From a virus: a DNA stretch of 36,735 bases. The notes under the pieces were generated by a model. It had not been told where the DNA came from. It made no database searches and worked only from the letters and a program-made list of their open reading frames with translations. This document shows, in pieces, positions 31,608-36,735 of this stretch (position 1 is its first letter; every line of letters starts with the position of its first letter). The position numbers and the translations under genes were made by a program. The stretch is from positions 1 to 36,735 of the IMG/VR virus record IMGVR_UViG_3300045988_027065; one strand, 5' to 3'.

Positions 31608-31897
31608 GATTTCACCTCCGTCGCATTCTGTACAGCGCCGCTTTCGATTTCTGCTCCGCAGGCGGCATACCCGGCCAGGTCAACCCAGTTGTCCTCCTTG
31701 GCGTGGCCCTCGGCGACCCTTGCCAATTTGAGCAGCGCCATCATTGCAGCCACATCTACCGGCGTAATCTGCTGATTGAGGTACGTCCCCCAGAACTCAG
31801 AGATTCGCTGGAAGCTGTTTTCCGGGCTGCCGTAATCCTGTTCCCGGTCACCGCAAACGGTTGTTTTCGCCTTCTCTAGAAGCTCAGTTCTCGTCAT
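31604..31897 (-). CDS. DUF6378-like phage protein (97 aa)
   Basis: GDREQDYGSPENSFQRISEFWGTYL...ITPVDVAAMMALLKLARV...DNWVDLAGYAACGAE matches the pattern of that family as I recall it. Confidence 0.45.
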   Translation of the reverse strand: MTRTELLEKAKTTVCGDREQDYGSPENSFQRISEFWGTYLNQQITPVDVAAMMALLKLARVAEGHAKEDNWVDLAGYAACGAEIESGAVQNATEVKS

Positions 31898-31926
31898 TTA
31901 CGTCACCAAACGCCTTCCGTATAGCT

Positions 31927-32070
31927 TCACACAAGCGCCGCTACCTCGTCCTCAATGGACGCTGCATCCGGGGACTTGCTCCCGATGAAATCGCTGTAGA
32001 TGTCCTCGTTGGACGGGGCTGTACCAAGCAAAGGCTCGGTAAACGTGAGTTTTACATGGATTTTTTTCAT
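31927..32070 (-). CDS. Small ORF (47 aa, MKKIHVKLTFTEPLLGTAPSNEDIYSDFIGSK...), possibly an N-terminal remnant of a longer gene
   Basis: Hand translation. ATGA overlap with the upstream gene. About 30 nt of non-coding sequence follow. Confidence 0.35.
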   Translation of the reverse strand: MKKIHVKLTFTEPLLGTAPSNEDIYSDFIGSKSPDAASIEDEVAALV

Positions 32071-32591
32071 TTTTGTTTTCCTCCAGTCGTAATATCAATC
32101 CCAAACGCCTCTTTCAGCCGTTTGGCGGCCTGCTTATTGATTCGCTTGCGTTCGTATGCGCATTTTAACCCACCGATGCTCATGCCTGCAATCTGAGCGA
32201 TCTCCCGCCATTTTTGCATGGATTTCAGCATTTTCGCCTTCTGCATATCCAGCGCAATGGTTGTGCAATAGTTTTTTCGCTCCACTTTTTTCTTCGCAGG
32301 AGGTTCTATCCCACGTTCCCTTGCCAAGAGCGCCCATGCCTTATCAGTAACCATCGCCGGATCATCCTGCAACAATGATAACTTATCCTTTGGGTTCCCC
32401 GGCATCCACTCGGTGCAGTTGGCGTCGAATGTCATTCCGTCCAAACTCTCACGTCCTGTCCTCTGGTAATGCAGCCATAGCCGGGAGTGGTGGGTGAGGC
32501 AGAGTGAATAGCCGCAGTGAAGGCCCTTTGTGCTTCCTGCGTTTACCAGCCTCCACACGCAGGTTTTACAGCTTCTTTTTGGCGCACTCAT
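32067..32591 (-). CDS. Hypothetical protein with a Cys/His-rich N-terminus and an HTH-like C-terminus (174 aa)
   Basis: AAGGAGG lies 6 nt before the ATG at 32591. Motifs CKTCVWR...LHCGYSLCLTHH and WREIAQIAGMSIGGLKCAYERKR. Confidence 0.6.
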   Translation of the reverse strand: MSAPKRSCKTCVWRLVNAGSTKGLHCGYSLCLTHHSRLWLHYQRTGRESLDGMTFDANCTEWMPGNPKDKLSLLQDDPAMVTDKAWALLARERGIEPPAKKKVERKNYCTTIALDMQKAKMLKSMQKWREIAQIAGMSIGGLKCAYERKRINKQAAKRLKEAFGIDITTGGKQK

Positions 32592-33370
32592 CACTCGCCT
32601 CCTTTCAGTTCAGCGAGAAACGCCTGCAAATTCTTCACGGATTCTTTCTCCTCCAAGGCGCTATTGCCGTCTGGCAGTCCTGACGCCTTTTGTGGCGTTT
32701 TCTCCCTGTCCTTCCGTGCCCAGTTGCGGATGGTGGCCAGATGATTCTTGTAGCTTGCGCCCTTGGACGCCATGTAGCTACTGAGGTTCTCAATTCTGGC
32801 CTGCCAATCCGTTGGAAATTCCGCTTTCAGCTTTTCCAAGTCTGCATCGGACAGCAAAACATTCCGGTATTCGCCATACTGGTGGCGTTTTTCGGCAGGG
32901 GAGGTGGACGCAGGCGCTTCGCCTGCGTCTTCCGCATTCGTATTCGGATTACGAATAGGATTCGGATTGGATTGGATTACGGGGACATTTGCATTCATCT
33001 GATTGCAAATGATTTCAGATGTATTCACGCTTTCACATCCGTCTTCCGGTGCAGGGTACTTGCTACGCTTGGCACGTACAGTCTGGTGGTAATTCCAAGT
33101 TGGTAGGTACAGGTACGGCTTGCCCTCAAACACATACAGAGCAACTAAACCTGCACTCGCCAACTTATTGATCGCCCCAGTGACGGCTTTCACGGTCAAA
33201 GTCTCTTTCAGCGGAAACAAACGGTTTTTGATAATAGCGGGACGTCCATCAAATCGCCCGAAATCGTCACAGTTTACGATAAGACGGTAGAACAGCACCT
33301 CTTCAAACCAGCCTAGCCCGTCTATGCTGTCGCTAGTGCAGATGCTTTCCTTTAAGATCCTGTTGGGCAT
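32591..33370 (-). CDS. Phage replisome organizer (Phage_rep_org_N plus DnaD-like C-terminus), 259 aa
   Basis: GWFEEVLFYRLIVNCDDFGRFDGRPAIIKNRLFP and the C-terminal YKNHLATIRNWARKD. GGGGAGGGA lies upstream of the ATG at 33370. Confidence 0.7.
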   Translation of the reverse strand: MPNRILKESICTSDSIDGLGWFEEVLFYRLIVNCDDFGRFDGRPAIIKNRLFPLKETLTVKAVTGAINKLASAGLVALYVFEGKPYLYLPTWNYHQTVRAKRSKYPAPEDGCESVNTSEIICNQMNANVPVIQSNPNPIRNPNTNAEDAGEAPASTSPAEKRHQYGEYRNVLLSDADLEKLKAEFPTDWQARIENLSSYMASKGASYKNHLATIRNWARKDREKTPQKASGLPDGNSALEEKESVKNLQAFLAELKGGE

Positions 33371-33717
33371 TGGCGTTCCCTCCCCAGAATCTCTTCGAAA
33401 TATGGTCGATACATGGTGATCCACTCCGGGAGTCGCTGCACTACCAGAATGTCGTGGTAGTTTTTTGTACAGAATACGGTGGGCAGGTCACCCTCTGCGG
33501 CGTCGTGTACGGCCTGACCTATCCAATCGTAGATCAATAGCCTTTCCTGGTGTTTCGCCTCAATGTGGATGCCTGGGAGCCCCACAAGGTCGGCGGCGTC
33601 CCCGGTGTTCCCACAATACTGCGCTGTCCGGCGGCAATCCTGGAAACCGTAGTCTCGCAGGATGCCAGCCAGTCGCAGCTCAAAGCGCTTGCCCTTTGCT
33701 TTGCTGTTAATCGGCAT
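33352..33717 (-). CDS. PD-(D/E)xK nuclease, putative Holliday-junction resolvase (121 aa)
   Basis: KGKRFELRLAGILRDYGF...GDAADLVGLPGIHIEAK contains the D...E-x-K motif. Confidence 0.5.
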   Translation of the reverse strand: MPINSKAKGKRFELRLAGILRDYGFQDCRRTAQYCGNTGDAADLVGLPGIHIEAKHQERLLIYDWIGQAVHDAAEGDLPTVFCTKNYHDILVVQRLPEWITMYRPYFEEILGRERQCPTGS

Positions 33718-33728
33718 ATGTACACCTC

Positions 33729-34139
33729 CTAAAACGGAAGATCGCTGTCGTCGTCCTCCAGCGGGGTAAAATCAGCAGAACCGCCGCTGGGAGCATCATA
33801 GCTGCCGGAAGTGGTATCGCGCTTGGAGCTGCCGAAGTAGACACTATCTGCCACTACCTCGGCACTCCGGCGTTTATTGCCCTCCTTGTCCGTCCAGCCC
33901 CTAATCTGGAGCCTGCCGGATACCACCGCCATGCTGCCCTTGTCAAAATACTTGGAGACGAACTCCGCCGTGTTTCTCCATGCAACGATGTCAATAAAAT
34001 CGCATTCCTTCTCGCCGTTCTGGCTCTTGTAATCACGGTCAACAGCTAGCGTGAAGGAAGCAACCGAAATCCCGCTGCCGGTGTGCCGAAGCTCCGGATC
34101 ACGGGTCAAGCGGCCCATGAGAACAATATGGTTCAGCAT
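33729..34139 (-). CDS. ssb: Single-stranded DNA-binding protein
   Basis: OB-fold signature NHIVLMGRLTRDPELRHT...DFIDIVAWRNTAEF...VSGRLQIRGW and the acidic tail DDDSDLPF. Confidence 0.9.
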   Translation of the reverse strand: MLNHIVLMGRLTRDPELRHTGSGISVASFTLAVDRDYKSQNGEKECDFIDIVAWRNTAEFVSKYFDKGSMAVVSGRLQIRGWTDKEGNKRRSAEVVADSVYFGSSKRDTTSGSYDAPSGGSADFTPLEDDDSDLPF

Positions 34140-34951
34140 CAGGTTTCACCGCCCTCAGAAGCTGCTACAACCTCGCCCGTCTCGGAATCCACGATTGTTA
34201 CGTCAGGCTCGGCGAACATATCGTCCGAAATGGTGTCCTTGATGGTTTCGTCGGTGCTGATGGCTCTGACAAAATCGGATTTCAGCGGGGCGTATTTGAG
34301 CACACGTTTAAGGACAGTCTTTTTTGCCATTTCCTCAAAATTGGTCTGCCAAGGCCCGTTTCCGTAGGACTTGGAATATTTCTGCGCGTGAGTTTGTACA
34401 TCCTCAATGGACATAACTTCGAATCCGTATCCGCCGTCTTTGGTATGGAATACGGCATAGAAAAAGATAGGGGCGCCGCGATCAGATTTTGCAGGAATGT
34501 GATGCAGTTTAGGTTCCAGGCCCAACTCATAGGTAAAATCGTCGTTTTCGTAGACGGTGTGGGCCTGAATCATCTTGACTTCGCCAGAACGATAGGCCAA
34601 ATCAATCAAGCCCTTGTAGCCCAACTGGAACTGGCATTCCAGCCGTCCGTGATTGCGGTAGGGAATGAGGTAAGCCTGTCCAAGAGGTGTGTTGGGCTCA
34701 ACGCCAAGCTGGGCGGCAGTCATCATAGCACCGAGGAAGCTGTTCGCGCTGCATTCTGACAGTTTTGGGTTGGTGCTAAGAGCGGAAAGCGTAATCCGGG
34801 TGAAACGTTCCGGCGTAATGACAGAGGGGAGCGCTTTAGTGATTTCTCCTTCCATGCTCTTTATCAAGGAGCGGATGCCCTTGGGCTGTTTACTTGTGGC
34901 AACGGCCTTTTGCTCCTGGGCCTTAGAAATAATTCCTTCGTTCATGTTCAA
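34139..34951 (-). CDS. recT: RecT-family single-strand annealing recombinase
   Basis: ITPERFTRITLSALSTNPKLSECSANSFLGAMMTAAQLGVEPNTPLGQAYLIPY. Confidence 0.85.
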   Translation of the reverse strand: MNMNEGIISKAQEQKAVATSKQPKGIRSLIKSMEGEITKALPSVITPERFTRITLSALSTNPKLSECSANSFLGAMMTAAQLGVEPNTPLGQAYLIPYRNHGRLECQFQLGYKGLIDLAYRSGEVKMIQAHTVYENDDFTYELGLEPKLHHIPAKSDRGAPIFFYAVFHTKDGGYGFEVMSIEDVQTHAQKYSKSYGNGPWQTNFEEMAKKTVLKRVLKYAPLKSDFVRAISTDETIKDTISDDMFAEPDVTIVDSETGEVVAASEGGET

Positions 34952-35922
34952 ATCTCCTTTACCTCAAATTTTCTGTATTCAGTGGTATGGTAGTAGTCAC
35001 TCAGATTTAATTCAGGGTGTGCCGCCTGAAGCTGTTTGGTATCCAGACTCCGGCGGCTCTGGCTTTTCCAGCTTACAGCAAAGTCGGAACAGGTACCGCG
35101 CTCTGCATCTCCAAGCCGTCGCTTGAGCTGATTGGCGATTGCATCGGCTTCCTGCGCAGCTGCTTTGGAGCGCTTTTTTGCGGACAGGTAATCCTCAACG
35201 AGGCGGTCACATCCGAATAGGTCAATGGTGGTACCATCGGAATGGGGGTGTACTGCCAGCAAGGCTTCTGCCGTTCCCGCTCCGCTATCTGCGGGAGGCT
35301 CAGTATCCGACTCGATGTAATGCCAGAACTCAGCCGCAGCGTCCCGGATTGCGACGAATTCCACTGGACTGACGTATGTAGAGCCCTCACACCATTCAGG
35401 TGTAGCGGCATCCGACACAGTGGTAAGCTGGAATACCTTGAATTCTTTACCGAGTACCACCACGGCCAAGTACCAGTATGGATACCCGGTGATTGCCATA
35501 TAGGCAACACACTGAGCGTAGTAGCTTTCGGGGAAATTTTCACCAGCAAACCGCCCAGCGCTATAGGCAGAAGCGGTTTTGCATTCCAACCCTGCTTTCT
35601 GGCCGATGATCCGGCGATCAATGTTAGCATGGAGGTGGGGATAATCAGTGTTGCGGATGATGTAGTTCTCACGGGCTACCTTCAAACCGCTCAGTTCTGA
35701 AAAACGCTGGGCCACATAGTCCTCTAAATCTGTGCCCTGACGCATAGCCTCGTTGGGTTCGGCATCGGGCACCCTCCCGGTCTTATTCGCCCAAACGGAA
35801 TAAGCCGAGGCGTATTTGTTCAGGCCCAGAATGGATCCAATCTCAGACCCACCAATAGACTTCCGGCGCTCGGAAAGCCAATCAGCGCGGCTCATATCGC
35901 TGGTTTTTATTTTAATAATCAT
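34948..35922 (-). CDS. YqaJ-type (lambda Exo-like) recombination exonuclease (324 aa from MIIKIK)
   Basis: WLSERRKSIGGSEIGSILGLNKYASAYSVWANKTG. AAGGAGA lies upstream of the ATG at 35922. ATGA overlap with recT. Confidence 0.8.
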   Translation of the reverse strand: MIIKIKTSDMSRADWLSERRKSIGGSEIGSILGLNKYASAYSVWANKTGRVPDAEPNEAMRQGTDLEDYVAQRFSELSGLKVARENYIIRNTDYPHLHANIDRRIIGQKAGLECKTASAYSAGRFAGENFPESYYAQCVAYMAITGYPYWYLAVVVLGKEFKVFQLTTVSDAATPEWCEGSTYVSPVEFVAIRDAAAEFWHYIESDTEPPADSGAGTAEALLAVHPHSDGTTIDLFGCDRLVEDYLSAKKRSKAAAQEADAIANQLKRRLGDAERGTCSDFAVSWKSQSRRSLDTKQLQAAHPELNLSDYYHTTEYRKFEVKEI

Positions 35923-35973
35923 ATTGCATTTCTCCTTAATTCGGGCTATAATTGCCATGGTTAATCTATGTTT

Positions 35974-36010
35974 GCCGCCTTCGGAGTTCCCGCTCCAAGG
36001 CGGCTTTTCT
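35974..36010 (+). terminator. 12-bp hairpin with its T-tract on the plus (antisense) side, between two minus-strand genes
   Basis: GCCGCCTTCGGAG-TTCCCG-CTCCAAGGCGGC followed by TTTTCTTA on the plus strand. The minus strand has no T-tract. Confidence 0.4.
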
Positions 36011-36735
36011 TATGCTTCGTTGTATCTCAACATTGTGCGGCGGATGATATCCCCGCCATAGCTGTCCTTGGTCAATTCCAGAAACTCTTTGGTGGTCATG
36101 CTACCGTCAATATCAATTTCGTGATCCTGCGCAAATGCCGTTCTCCCTTGCAGGCAGCTTCCGGTCAATCGGTGGTGCCAACTGAAAAAATCCCGGTTCG
36201 GATATCGCTCATGGATGCTGTGCGATTCCATAAACTTTTCAATACGTTCCTCCTCCGGCATGTCGTCGAACAGCTTTTCAAGGAGTGCGTCTCGCGCCTC
36301 TCTCAGCGTTTTCCCGTGTGAAAACATCCCGTCCTGCTTGACTATAAAGCACTTCTCCGTGGTCAAATCCGAGTGGAGTATCCGTCCCATAGCGTAGGCG
36401 TCGTGGCACACGTCAATGAGCGTTCTCACCCTATCAACCAGATAGACCGTCTGACCGTTTAGCGCCTTGATGCCGTCGCCGTAGCCGTAGCCGTCGCCGG
36501 AGCCGTCGCCGTCGCCGTAGCCGTAGCCGTCGCCGGAGCCGTCGCCGTCGCCGGAGCCGTCGCCGTAGCCGGAGCCGTAGCCGTAGCCGTAGCCGTAGCC
36601 GTCGCCGTAGCCGTAGCCGGAGCCGTAGCCGTAGCCGTCGCCGTAGCCGTAGCCGTAGCCGTAGCCGTAGCCGTCGCCGGAGCCGTCGCCGGAGCCGGAG
36701 ACGGGATTCAGAAATGCCAGGATCTTCTGCTCAAG
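36010..36735 (-). CDS. Early protein with a 76-residue (Gly-Tyr/Asp/Ser) dipeptide array and a conserved C-terminal domain; total about 246 aa, N-terminus at 70-1 across the junction
   Basis: The frame is continuous from the window end through the array into the ORF-track ORF 36010-36429. The listed M is an internal GTG/Val. Confidence 0.7.
   Translation of the reverse strand, partial: LEQKILAFLNPVSGSGDGSGDGYGYGYGYGYGDGYGYGSGYGYGDGYGYGYGYGSGYGDGSGDGDGSGDGYGYGDGDGSGDGYGYGDGIKALNGQTVYLVDRVRTLIDVCHDAYAMGRILHSDLTTEKCFIVKQDGMFSHGKTLREARDALLEKLFDDMPEEERIEKFMESHSIHERYPNRDFFSWHHRLTGSCLQGRTAFAQDHEIDIDGSMTTKEFLELTKDSYGGDIIRRTMLRYNEA
36472..36699 (-). repeat. Tandem array of 38 hexamers (GCCGTA / GCCGTC / GCCGGA on the plus strand) encoding GY/GD/GS dipeptides in frame
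   Basis: Counted by triplets directly from the sequence. Only three unit types occur, differing at 1-2 positions. Confidence 0.9.
36681..36735. repeat. Terminal overlap, identical to 1-55
   Basis: Exact identity read directly. Confidence 0.95.

Larger units (their letters stand above)
1..36735. mobile_element. Complete temperate siphovirus-type phage genome, circular contig; unique length 36,680 bp
   Basis: Lysogeny, recombination/replication, packaging, head, tail and lysis modules are all present. attP is present rather than attL/attR. The first 55 nt equal the last 55 nt. Confidence 0.9.

Noticed and set aside
36472-36699. CRISPR array or non-coding microsatellite
   Set aside because: The units are 6 nt with no spacers, and they stay in frame within a continuous ORF that has a proper start (at 70-68 across the junction) and stop (36010).
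1-36735. Diversity-generating retroelement or other hypervariation system targeting the receptor-binding protein
   Set aside because: I saw no reverse-transcriptase-like ORF and no template/variable repeat pair anywhere in the genome.

Overview
This window is a complete temperate siphovirus-type (Caudoviricetes) phage genome, assembled as a circle and opened inside an early gene. Bases 1-55 are identical to bases 36681-36735, so the unique length is 36,680 bp. The codon style and the strong GGAGG ribosome-binding sites suggest a moderately high-GC Firmicutes (Clostridia-like) host.

Plus strand:
- A lysogeny block at 2.5-6.1 kb holds an XRE-type repressor behind a back-to-back promoter/operator switch.
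- It is followed by a two-gene pair of membrane-tethered DNA-binding proteins (HTH and HIRAN).
- It ends with a zinc-ribbon tyrosine integrase and an attP that carries the 3' part of tRNA-Ser(GCT).

Minus strand:
- A tightly coupled early operon runs from 2.4 kb down through the junction to about 29.4 kb. It encodes small unknown proteins, a Gly-Tyr repeat protein, a YqaJ-type exonuclease, RecT, SSB, a PD-(D/E)xK nuclease, a replisome organizer and a C5-methyltransferase-like protein. It ends with a DUF1492/ArpU-like late regulator.
- The late operon runs from 29.2 kb down to 9.7 kb. It encodes TerS, TerL, portal, a gp7-like head protein, scaffold, major capsid, head-tail joining proteins and the major tail protein. 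It continues with G/GT tail chaperones that carry an A_AAA_AAC -1 frameshift site, then tape measure, Dit, Tal and a BppU-like receptor-binding protein. It ends with a PBSX-like XkdX/XhlA/holin/GH25 endolysin cassette.

Between the lysis genes and attP lie two autonomous moron-like units:
- A consensus-promoter plus-strand cassette at 8619-9536.
- A five-gene minus-strand cassette at 6241-8463, encoding Gly/Tyr-rich, Cys-rich and BclA-C-terminal-like proteins.

Most worth a second look are the HTH/HIRAN pair, the 6.2-8.5 kb cassette, a tRNA-sized tRNA-like element upstream of terS, and the in-frame hexamer array at the circularisation junction. All family assignments come from reading motifs by eye and need profile searches.
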